Source of the DNA: Corallococcus sp. AB018
GTDB taxonomy: Bacteria > Myxococcota > Myxococcia > Myxococcales > Myxococcaceae
Length of the DNA: 64,000 nt
Direction of reading: 5' to 3'
Assembly (NCBI RefSeq): GCF_003986945.1
Contig: NZ_RAWR01000021.1
Span: forward strand, 1 to 64,000
In this document: positions 30,553 to 39,800 of the stretch, in pieces
Position numbering within the stretch: the stretch's first letter is position 1
Layout of the letters: every line of letters begins with the position of its first letter
Notes under the pieces: model-generated
What the model saw: the letters and a program-made list of their open reading frames with translations, nothing else
Told to the model about the DNA's origin: nothing
Database searches by the model: none
Position numbers and translations under genes: made by a program

Positions 30553-31161
30553 ATGGACGACCTCATGCCGACGCGGTTCTTCAAGTTGACCGATGATGTG
30601 TACCTCTCCGGCCGGTGGGAGCTGGGGCATCCTCTCGATCAGGAAGGGCGCAAGCTCTATGACCCGTGGCAGTTCAGGATCGGGCAGCGGGCTCACTCGG
30701 ACGAGCGCATCAGGATCCCCATCAAGATCTCCGGCAAACCGCTCGACTATTCCCACGCGGCATTCAGCATCCCCGTCGTCCACGCCCGGGCGGCCTCCTT
30801 CTTCACCGAGCTGGCACCCGACGACATGAAGCTCATCCCGGTGGAGATCGACTCCCAGCCCGCTCAGCACTTCATCCTCAACGCCACCCGGCTGGTGAAG
30901 TGCATCGACGATGCAGCGTGCGAGGAGGTGCGTTACTGGACCCCGGAGGACGGGATGCCCGAAAAGGTGGGTACGTACTCCTCCGTGTCCGGGATGCGCA
31001 TCGACCCGGCGAAGGTGGAAGGCGCCAAGGTGTTCCGCACCTGGGGCTGGACCGTGGCCTTGATCGTGTCCGAGGAGATCAAGGAGGCCCTGGAGCGCGC
31101 GGTCATCACCGGCACGAAGTTCACGGACGTGACCGGCCCCGGTGCAGCCAATGCCCCCTAA
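30553..31161 (+). CDS. Hypothetical protein, possible second or orphan immunity protein (Imm11-like?)
   Basis: 202-aa ORF directly downstream in the same islet. Conserved Trp positions (RTWGWTVALIVSEE). Family assignment is tentative. Confidence 0.45.
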   Translation: MDDLMPTRFFKLTDDVYLSGRWELGHPLDQEGRKLYDPWQFRIGQRAHSDERIRIPIKISGKPLDYSHAAFSIPVVHARAASFFTELAPDDMKLIPVEIDSQPAQHFILNATRLVKCIDDAACEEVRYWTPEDGMPEKVGTYSSVSGMRIDPAKVEGAKVFRTWGWTVALIVSEEIKEALERAVITGTKFTDVTGPGAANAP

Positions 31162-31310
31162 CCCCTGCCGTCCCCACCCGCGTACCCAAGCTGTACCCAA
31201 GATGAACGGACGCGGGTGGACCTTTACGGACTCGCGGTCCACCCCGCGCCAGAGGGAAACGGGCCACCCCTCAATCCTCCCGGGCACCTCGCGGATCGGT
31301 GTGGCGGGGC

Positions 31311-31376
31311 TTCAAAACCGGTGAGGGGCTACGAGAGCAGTCCCTGGCGAGTTCGATTCCCGTGCCCTACCGCCAA
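31311..31376 (+). repeat. Partial duplicate of the tRNA-Sec 3' half (att-like direct repeat)
   Basis: cttcaaaaccggtgaggggct(a)cgagagcagtccctggcgagttcgattcccgtgccctaccgcca matches 27959..28024 with one mismatch. Confidence 0.75.
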
Positions 31377-31426
31377 TGCGTTCCAGGGGTTACGCCCCCC
31401 GTACTGCCGCCTTCGCAGCATCTTCG

Positions 31427-32491
31427 TCACCGATGGGCACTGTTCGAGCCGAGCGTCTGCTCGACCCAACGGTGCCAGGCCGCCGGCTCGTCACCCAGGT
31501 CCCGCCCCGCCAGGATGGCGAGCACCTTGCGAGCAGGCTCGGCATCGGTCTTCTGCTGCATTCCAGCCATCTCCACCAGCACCGCGCCCGCCTTGTCGAG
31601 AATCTGCCGCTGATGGGCGGCGCCTTCGGTTTCCACGATGTGCACGAGCGCCCAGGCTGCCTTGTTGCGGTCGGTCTCGAGCGGGTACCAGAGCGCTTCG
31701 AGCACGGGCTCCAGCGGGATGATGACCCGCGGCTGTCCCTCCTGCATCGTTCCCAGCAGGCGCAGCGCCTCGTTGCGCACACCCTCGTAGGGGTCGCGCA
31801 CCGACGGGAGAACGAGCTTCACCAGTTGCTCGCGTGAGTTGATGTAGGGCAGGAGCATGACCGTGGCCATTCGCTTGGAGTCGTTGCGATCCTCACGCAG
31901 CACCCGCACCAGCGTGTCGAGATTGCGGGGAACACCATCCATGAAGCGCTGCTCCAGCGGCGCGAGCTCGGGGTGGTCGAATCCTCCATGGCAGTTGAGG
32001 GCATGGCACTTGCTCTTGCCGTACTCGGGGACAGCCCCTTCCCTGCTCAGCTTCCAGTAGGCCGTCTGGTATTCATCCCAGGCCGTGAGGAGGCCCTCCG
32101 GCTCCGGGATATCGCCCTGCGGCGCGGGTGAAAAGGGCATACGCCACTCATCTCCGGCATCGACCAGATCCACCGTCACCCGGAACGTCCGCGTCGGCGG
32201 GTAGGCCACCATCGAGTACCTGCAGAACGCGAACTTGTAGGCCGCCAGGAGCCGCGGCTTGCTCTCCATGAGGTACGGCGTGAACTCCCCCTTCTCGAGG
32301 TTGAAGCGCGCGCCGGGCGCAGGCATCCCAATGACCTCCAGCAGCTTGCCCTTGGGCACCTTGCGTGAGCCGAACACCTCCACGCCTTCGAACACGTAGA
32401 CCGGGCTGGGCTGGACCGGCGATGCGGCCTGATGGACAGGCGTTGCACAGGCCGTGAGCAGTGCAAGACCCAAGAGGACAAAGCGCTGCAT
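31427..32491 (-). CDS. Lipoprotein with C-terminal HEAT/ARM-like helical repeats
   Basis: Lipobox LALLTAC. No catalytic motifs seen. Confidence 0.6.
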   Translation of the reverse strand: MQRFVLLGLALLTACATPVHQAASPVQPSPVYVFEGVEVFGSRKVPKGKLLEVIGMPAPGARFNLEKGEFTPYLMESKPRLLAAYKFAFCRYSMVAYPPTRTFRVTVDLVDAGDEWRMPFSPAPQGDIPEPEGLLTAWDEYQTAYWKLSREGAVPEYGKSKCHALNCHGGFDHPELAPLEQRFMDGVPRNLDTLVRVLREDRNDSKRMATVMLLPYINSREQLVKLVLPSVRDPYEGVRNEALRLLGTMQEGQPRVIIPLEPVLEALWYPLETDRNKAAWALVHIVETEGAAHQRQILDKAGAVLVEMAGMQQKTDAEPARKVLAILAGRDLGDEPAAWHRWVEQTLGSNSAHR

Positions 32492-32721
32492 GGTTCTCCC
32501 TCTCCGCGCCGAGCAGGCGCAGGGATCTCAACGATGGTTGCGCGGGATGTGGCTGGTAAAGCGAACTCCAGGCTAACGCGCATCCGGGCCACCCTCGCAT
32601 GAAATTCTCCCTGCCCCAGGAAGCGCCCTGGCGCTGCCCACCTGTCACGCGCCCGCGACACCTCTGGGTTCAACGTCATCCCTTCAGGGTGGATGCGTGC
32701 TCCGGACGATCCCGATCACCG

Positions 32722-32789
32722 ATTCCGGAGCAAGCCGAACACCGGCTCCGGGACAAGCCGAACACCAATTCCGGAGCAAGGCGAACACC
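32722..32789. repeat. Three tandem 23-bp direct repeats (ccggagcaagccgaacacc-type) in the upstream region of the lipoprotein gene
   Basis: ttccggagcaagccgaacacc / ggctccgggacaagccgaacacc / aattccggagcaaggcgaacacc at a 23-bp period. Confidence 0.5.
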
Positions 32790-33069
32790 TGTAGCAGGGT
32801 GAGGCACCGGGGCCTGAGCAGCGCGGAGGCCCGCGCGGACTGAAGGTCCGGCCGGAACGTTGACGACGCTGGACAGAGCGCCGACCACGCCGCCACCTTC
32901 CAGCCCTTGACCTACCGCGGCCCGCTCTGGACTTTCCAGAACGGGCCGTGGTGCTTCGACGTCATGTCATGACTCAACAGGAGCAGTCATGGAGCAGCTA
33001 TAGCGATCGCTGGTCATGTGGTGTGGGTGGGAAAGGCGCGTTGAAGACAGCCGGCGTTGAATGCTGGCG

Positions 33070-34878
33070 TCATCCCTCCGCGTGGCGTGAACCCTTCGCG
33101 CCCTCCTGCATGCATGCTCGGTTCACGAAGACGCGGAATCCCCCGCGTGCGCCCTCCGGCAACTCCGCGCTCAAGTCCAAGGCCTGCAGCGCGATGTCCC
33201 GCTCCATTTGCACGAGCCGGGGGTCTTCACGCTCCTCCGGGCCGAAGACGAAGGCGCAGTACTCGCCGGACGCGATGCTCGCCACGAGCGTCTCCGGCCG
33301 GAGTTCCGTGTAGAAGGACTGCCAGTAGCGACCATTGCGAAACAGGTAGAGCTGAAGAACCTTGTACCGGGGCGAGATGAAGCTCTCATGCCCGGGCGGC
33401 AGTGGTTCCAGATAGGGGCGAAGGATCTCCGAGATCTCCTTGTACGGTGGTTGAGGCGCAGTGAGCTCGTACGCCCCGAAACCAGCCAGTGACAGCGAGG
33501 AGAGGCCACCGATGAGCGCCGTCGCTCGCGCGCGCTCGAGGCGAGCCGCCGCATACGCCAGGAGCCAGGCGCCCCCCACCCCGAGCGTGTGCGCGCCAAC
33601 ATAGACAGGCGTGATGTCATCGCGCTTCAGCCCCCGAGCATGAGCCGCCCCGATGAGGAGCACCGCCGCGGCCGAGAAGACGCCCGCGACCCTGAGGGCT
33701 CGACGGCCCGATGCCCCCCGTGGTTCGAGGGTGCCCTCCCCGGCAAGGAGCGCCGAAGCACCAAGCCCGGCCAGCCCATAGAGGAATGGCAAGACTCCCA
33801 GGATGTAGAGCGACTCCTTGATGGCGGGGTGCGAGAGGGGAACCAGGCTTGCGAGCCCGAAGCCGATGGCGCCGAAGAGCCCGGCCGCGGTCGGCGCACG
33901 CCGCTTCAAGGCGGGGAGCGCAGCCAGAAGGAGGGGGCAGAGGAAGAAGTGCTCCCGGTAGAGGATCGCCGGGTAGTACCAGAAGGGATGACTCCATTCC
34001 GTGGGCACGCCCGCCCCAGCCAGCTTCGACCCTCCGATGCTCTGCCCCAGGAAGGGTGCGAAGTAGACCTGGGTGAGCCAGAGGGCGACATCCGTGGGTG
34101 ACCGCAGAGCGACGAAGGCGATGTGAAGGGACGCCGTGGCGAGAAAGCCGGCGGCGATGCAGGCGACAGGAACCAGCGCCCATTGACGCCGCTGGAGACG
34201 CACGCTGGCAAGGAGCCCTAGCGAAGCCAGCACGAAGGGGGTGACGAGCCACAGCTTCGTCAAGAAGCCAAGGCCGAGGCATGCGCCACCCAGCAGGGAG
34301 TGCCAATTCCTCCCGGTGAGCTCTCCTCGCGCAATCCAGTACGTGCCCGCCATGCCCCACGCCACGAGGACAGGCTCGGCCTCCATCAGCCGGAATTGCC
34401 ACAGGACGGCAGGAGAGAGCGCGAGCAGGAGCGTCGTCAGGAGCGCCGCACGACGCTCCCACAGGGCGACGAGCCGGTAGGTGAAGCAGAGGGTGGCGGC
34501 CAGCGCCGCGAATGAGACGAGCCCCATGGCTTCGGGCCGGCCGCCCAGGGGACAGCCTCCGAGTGCGAGGAGCACCGAGTGAAATGGAGTGTTGCCGATG
34601 CCTGGCAGATCGAAGCCAACCCAATCCTCCGAGCCGCCAGGGATGTACGAGGGCCGCACCACGAGCGCCAGCGAACGGCACATGTTGAGGGCCATCGTGC
34701 CATTGACGCCCTCGTCACCTGTTTCGATACGCTTGAAGACGACGCCGCGCGCGAAGGCCAGGGCAAGGGAGGCAATGACCACCACACGGACGACGAAGCG
34801 CAGGCGATTGTCGTCATCACGCCGCGGCCCAAGCGGCTGGACGGGGGGAAACCACGAGCCTGGCCAGAGAAGTCTCAT
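33070..34878 (-). CDS. GT39/GT83-family membrane glycosyltransferase (ArnT / PMT-like)
   Basis: Polytopic membrane protein, more than 10 TM segments, with architecture similar to ArnT/PMT_2. Start chosen at MRLLWPG (34878). Confidence 0.7.
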   Translation of the reverse strand: MRLLWPGSWFPPVQPLGPRRDDDNRLRFVVRVVVIASLALAFARGVVFKRIETGDEGVNGTMALNMCRSLALVVRPSYIPGGSEDWVGFDLPGIGNTPFHSVLLALGGCPLGGRPEAMGLVSFAALAATLCFTYRLVALWERRAALLTTLLLALSPAVLWQFRLMEAEPVLVAWGMAGTYWIARGELTGRNWHSLLGGACLGLGFLTKLWLVTPFVLASLGLLASVRLQRRQWALVPVACIAAGFLATASLHIAFVALRSPTDVALWLTQVYFAPFLGQSIGGSKLAGAGVPTEWSHPFWYYPAILYREHFFLCPLLLAALPALKRRAPTAAGLFGAIGFGLASLVPLSHPAIKESLYILGVLPFLYGLAGLGASALLAGEGTLEPRGASGRRALRVAGVFSAAAVLLIGAAHARGLKRDDITPVYVGAHTLGVGGAWLLAYAAARLERARATALIGGLSSLSLAGFGAYELTAPQPPYKEISEILRPYLEPLPPGHESFISPRYKVLQLYLFRNGRYWQSFYTELRPETLVASIASGEYCAFVFGPEEREDPRLVQMERDIALQALDLSAELPEGARGGFRVFVNRACMQEGAKGSRHAEG

Positions 34879-35505
34879 TTCCGCCAGGCCCGGGGCAGGT
34901 GGGCACGAGAGTGGAGCCAGTCCTTGCCCCCCCCTACCCTCGCGGTCGGACTGAGCTGAGCCTTCAGAATCCTGCCGAGCAGCCTCAGCGTCCGCAGCAG
35001 CGGCTCCTTCGACTCGTCCTGGTGCGTCTTCTGAGCGGGCGTGCACTTCCGGGTCGCGTCAACCGGCTCCTCCAGGCCCACGTAGGCGCACGCGAAGCGC
35101 TCCGGTGAGAGGAACTCGCCCAGCCACCGTCGCTCCTCGCGCGGAAACCAGGCGGCGAAGAGGCCCCGCATCTTCACGGGCTCCCTCGCTCCATCCTTGA
35201 AGGGACTCATGAAAGAAGGCACGAGCCTGACCGAGCAATTGCCGTTCCAGCCAGCGGCAGCTCAATCCGGGCCTTCGAGTTCCGCTCGTCCGTTTCGGGG
35301 ACGGCCCCTCATTTCGACCCTGGACAGCCGAGACGGGCGACCCTCTCGAGGGAGCGAGCCCTCCTCGATGGACTCTCAATCCGAGACAGCCTGACGTCCC
35401 AGCATGAGACAGCAGGGACAATCAGCCGGCGGTGAGGCCGTGAAGCATGGAGCACGATACCTGCATGGAGGCGCAGGCAGCAGGAAGCACGTGGGACACA
35501 TGTGA

Positions 35506-36696
35506 ATGCGCAAGCCGGTGATTCGCAAGACACTCTCCGAGGAACTGTTCTTCGTCCGCGGCATGAGCCTGATGCTCGTGGTGCTGGTCCATGTGATCGG
35601 CGTGGAGCCCTTCCAGGGAGTGCGCAAGCTCTTCTCCCCGGAGCGAGCGGAGCTCCGGTTCGCCTCGGAGTTCATCCACAGCTTCAACATGGCGGTGATG
35701 ATCATCGGTTCGGGCGTGGCTGTGTCACTCTTCGGCGCGCCGGACAGGTCCTTCCGGGAGTTCGCGCACAAGAAGCTGCGCAAGCTCGTCGTCCCGATGT
35801 TGGTGTGGGCGCCCGTCTTCCTCATTGCCCATGAGCTCACCCAGGCGCGCCCGCGAACACCTGGCGGATGGCTGGCGCTGCTGGGCCGGTTCCCCGCCGC
35901 CTGGTTCCCTCCGTACGCCATCTTCTGGTTCATTCACGCCCTGGTGGGCTGTACCTGTCTGGCGTGGGTGTATCAGCGCATCGTGCCCGCCCGGTACAAT
36001 TGGAACGGACTGAGCTACCTGGCACTGTCCTGGGTGTCTTATGCCGCTGTCGAGTTCCTGGAATCTCCGATGTCTGACATTGGGATGAGATACCTCCGCT
36101 TCATCCTCTTCTGGAACTGCCTCTTCGGTCTGGGAATGAGCCTGTCCCCCTGGCTGGCGCTGGCGCGCACCCGGCTGTCCCAGTTGCCTCTGGCGCTCCA
36201 GGGACTGGTGCCCTCGGGGTTCCTGGGGCTGCTGGTCTCTTTCCATGTCTCGGGGCTCGCGGAGGGGCATCTGGATCCGCGCCTGCTCACGGGGCCGCTG
36301 GGCTTCTGCCTGCAATTCACCCTGGCCTTCTTCCTCCTGGGTGTTGCCCGGAGCCTGGGTGCGACGTGGAAGGGGTTGGCGAGGTGGATTGTCTACCTGG
36401 GCTCGATCAGCATGCCGCTCTACCTCTTCCACATCTATTTCGTGTCCGGAGTGAGGTTGGCTTTGGGGAAGGTGCTGCCAGGAGCGCCGCTCGCGCTGCA
36501 CCTGGCGCTGGGCGTGTTCGGAGGGCTGATGGGGCCCCTGGGCCTCTACCTCCTCCTGGAGAGGAATCGGGCCTTCCGCTGGAGCATCGGCCTGCGTGGT
36601 GTCCCTTTGGACACGCCCGAACTCGGCGCGAATGAGTCCCCTGGCACCCGGCCACCTCGGGTGGAGGCATCGACCATGAAAGGGGCCGACGTATGA
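35506..36696 (+). CDS. Acyltransferase family 3 membrane protein (OafA/YrhL-like O-acyltransferase)
   Basis: Ten-plus TM segments. N-terminal FFVRGMSLMLVVLVH motif typical of Acyl_transf_3. Confidence 0.7.
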   Translation: MRKPVIRKTLSEELFFVRGMSLMLVVLVHVIGVEPFQGVRKLFSPERAELRFASEFIHSFNMAVMIIGSGVAVSLFGAPDRSFREFAHKKLRKLVVPMLVWAPVFLIAHELTQARPRTPGGWLALLGRFPAAWFPPYAIFWFIHALVGCTCLAWVYQRIVPARYNWNGLSYLALSWVSYAAVEFLESPMSDIGMRYLRFILFWNCLFGLGMSLSPWLALARTRLSQLPLALQGLVPSGFLGLLVSFHVSGLAEGHLDPRLLTGPLGFCLQFTLAFFLLGVARSLGATWKGLARWIVYLGSISMPLYLFHIYFVSGVRLALGKVLPGAPLALHLALGVFGGLMGPLGLYLLLERNRAFRWSIGLRGVPLDTPELGANESPGTRPPRVEASTMKGADV

Positions 36697-36819
36697 ACCC
36701 AAATGAAGTGTTGACCATTCGCCAAAATGTTTGTGTTTCAGAGCGGGACGGCCATGCTGGCTGGCTACACCAAAGTTCATGGAGGCCCCCTCTGAGCGCC
36801 TCCATTCCCTGGAGTTGTC

Positions 36820-39800
36820 ATGGACGTGATGAGAGCCAGCAGGGTCCTGCTGCTGGGATTGGGCTTTGTCGCAGCAGGCTGTAGCAGCAAGCCACCGGAA
36901 GAGAAGACGCTGGCCCACAGCGCTTCGCCGTTGGTGGTGGAGGGGTGGACCGAGGCCGCGCCCATGGCGGAGGCTCGCAAGTACCACGCGGGCGTGGTGC
37001 TGCCTTCCGGCAAGGTGCTGGTGACGGGCGGCTACAACGCCAGCGGGTATCTGTCCTCCTCCACCCTCTTCGACCCCGCTACTGGCGCGTGGACAGCGGC
37101 CGCCTCCATGCCGGAGGCGCGGCAGATCCACGCCATGACGCCGCTGCCTTCGGGCAAGGTGCTCGTGGTTGGCGGAGAGAACGCGACGGGCCGCCTGGCT
37201 TCCGCGGTGGTGTATTCCCCGGACACCAATACCTGGGCCTCCGCTGGGAGCTTTGCCTCGGGCGTGGCACGGGCTTCCCTGACGGCGACGCTGTTGCCTT
37301 CGGGCAAGGTGCTGGTGGCGGGCGGTGGCAACTCCGGCGGCCCCAAGTTCACTGTGGATGTGTATGAGCCGGTGGCGGGAACCTGGAGTGTCGGTCCGAA
37401 TCTGGGAGCGGCGCGGCGCGACCATACGGCGACGCTGCTGACGACCGGGCAGGTGCTGGTGGCAGGCGGCGTCGGGGGCGCGAGCCTGGCGACGGCGGAG
37501 TTGTACAACCCGTCAAGCAATACGTGGGCTGCGACGGGAAGTCTGGCGACGGCGCGCTACAACCACACGGCGACGCTGCTGCCTTCGGGCAAGGTGCTGG
37601 TGGTGGGTGGCCGCAACAGCACCGGGCTGCTGGCGACAGCGGAGGAATACGACCCGGGCACCGGGCAGTGGAGCGCGACGGGCGCGCTGGGCTCGGCGAG
37701 GGAGCTGCACTCGGCCACCCTGCTGAGCACCGGCAAGGTGCTGGTAACGGGCGGCATGTATGGCAGCGCAGCAACAGCCGCACTGGCGAGCTCGGAGGTG
37801 TACGACCCCGTCACCCGGCAGTGGAGCGCGGCGACGCCGATGACCGGTGCGCGGTATTCGTATGTGGCGGTGTCGCTGGCGACGCAGGCCAAGGTGTTGG
37901 TGGTGGGCGGTATTGGCGCCACCGGCGCGAGCCTGAAGACGGCGGAGGTGTACGGGTACGACGCCTGTGCTGGGGTGACGTGCAACAGCGCCCCGGGGGC
38001 CTGCTACGAGGCGGCGGGGACGTGCAGCAATGGCGTGTGCAGCTACGCGCTGAAGGCAGCTGGGGCCACCTGCGACGACGGGGATGCGTGCACCGGGACG
38101 GACGTATGCAACGGCGCGGGCGTGTGCGCGGGAAGCGCCACCCAGTGCGACAGTCCTCCGGGGCAGTGCTATGCGGCGGCGGGGGCATGCAGCGACGGGA
38201 CGTGCTCCTATTCGTACAAGGAAGCCGGTGACGCGTGTGATGACGGGGATGCGTGCACGGTGGATGAGACGTGCAACGGAGCGGGCGGGTGCGCGGGCAC
38301 GCCGGTGACTTGCAGCAGCCCTCCGAGCCAGTGCTTCGAGGCGGCGGGAACGTGCAGTGAGGGCGCGTGCTCCTATGCGCCGAAGGCGGCGGGCACTGCC
38401 TGTGATGACGGCAATGGCGGCACCATCAACGATGTGTGCAGCGGAGCGGGCGTCTGCGCGGGCGTGCCGGCCTGCACGACGCCGCCGGATGCCTGCCACG
38501 CCTCACCGGGCACCTACTCCAACGGAGCGTGCACCTACCCGCCGAAGGCCGCGGGCACCCTCTGCGATGATGGCAACGCCTGCACGACGGGCGATGTCTG
38601 CAACGGTGCGGGCACGTGCGGTGGTGCGGCCCTGAGCTGCAACAGCCCTCCCAGCCAGTGCCACCAGGCCGCCGGCACCTGCTCCAACGGTGCCTGCAGC
38701 TATGCACCGAAGTCCTCGGGTGCGAGCTGCGATGACGGCAACGCGTGCACGACGGGAGACGTCTGCAACGGTGCCGGCACCTGCGGCGGCTCGGCCCTGA
38801 GCTGTAACAGCCCGCCCAGCCAGTGCTACGAGGCCGCGGGCACCTGCTCCAACGGCACCTGCAGCTACGTGCCGAAAGCCTCGGGGGCCAGCTGCAATGA
38901 CGGCAACGCGTGCACGACCGGTGACGTGTGCAACGGCTCCGGCACTTGCGGTGGCTCGGCGCTGAGCTGCAACAGCCCTCCCAGCCAGTGCTACGAGGCG
39001 GCGGGAACCTGCTCCAACGGCACCTGCAGCTACGTGCCGAAGGCTTCGGGTGCCAGCTGCAATGACGGCAACGCGTGCACGACCGGTGATGTGTGCAATG
39101 GCTCCGGCACCTGCGGTGGCTCGGCGCTGAGCTGCAACAGCCCGCCCAATCAGTGCTACCAGTCCGCCGGCACTTGCTCCAACGGCACCTGTTCCTACGT
39201 GCCGAAGGCTTCGGGTGCCAGCTGCGATGACAGCAACGCGTGCACCACGGGAGACGTCTGCAACGGTGCTGGCGGCTGCGGCGGCACGGCGCTGAGTTGC
39301 AGCACCGCGAGCACCAATTACTGCAGCGGAAATGACGTCCGGAAGACCACCGGCACCGGCACCTGCAGCGGCGGCTCCTGCCAGTCCACCGACGTCCTCG
39401 TGCAGTCGTGCCAGACCGGCACCAGCGGCCCCTTCTGCAGCGGCAATGGTGCCTACGAGACCGTCTATGGCGGCTGCTCCAACGGTGCCTGCACGTCCAC
39501 CCAGCAGCTCATCGAGTCGTGCTCCACCTCCAGCAGCAACTACTGCAGCGGCAACACCGTCCGGAAGCTGACCGGCACCGGTTGCAGCGGCGGCAACTGC
39601 GGCTCCACCGACACCCTCGTCCAGACGTGCTCCACCTCGAGCAGCAACTACTGCAATGGCAATGACGTGCGGAAGACCACCGGCACCGGTTGCAGCGACG
39701 GCTCCTGTGGCTCCACCGACACGCTCGTCCAGACGTGCCCGACGGGCACCAGCAGCCCCTTCTGCAGCGGCAGCAGCGTCTATCGGACCCTCAATGCCGG

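Larger units (their letters stand above)
28025..31376. mobile_element. selC-associated genomic islet (remnant; no integrase), bounded by the tRNA-Sec 3' end and a 66-nt direct-repeat copy
   Basis: Direct repeat of tRNA 3' 66 nt with 65/66 identity. GC drop to about 55% over 28025..28800. Cargo is toxin/immunity-type genes. Confidence 0.45.

Noticed and set aside
28025-31376. Looked for an integrase, excisionase or transposase within or flanking the selC islet
   Set aside because: No ORF with tyrosine- or serine-recombinase-like motifs is present between the repeats or within 3 kb on either side. The region is therefore called a remnant islet, not an active integrative element.
31216-31722. 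168-aa plus-strand ORF covering the partial tRNA copy
   Set aside because: It overlaps the tRNA-derived repeat and is antisense to the well-supported lipoprotein gene 31427..32491. Composition is Pro/Arg/Ala-rich.
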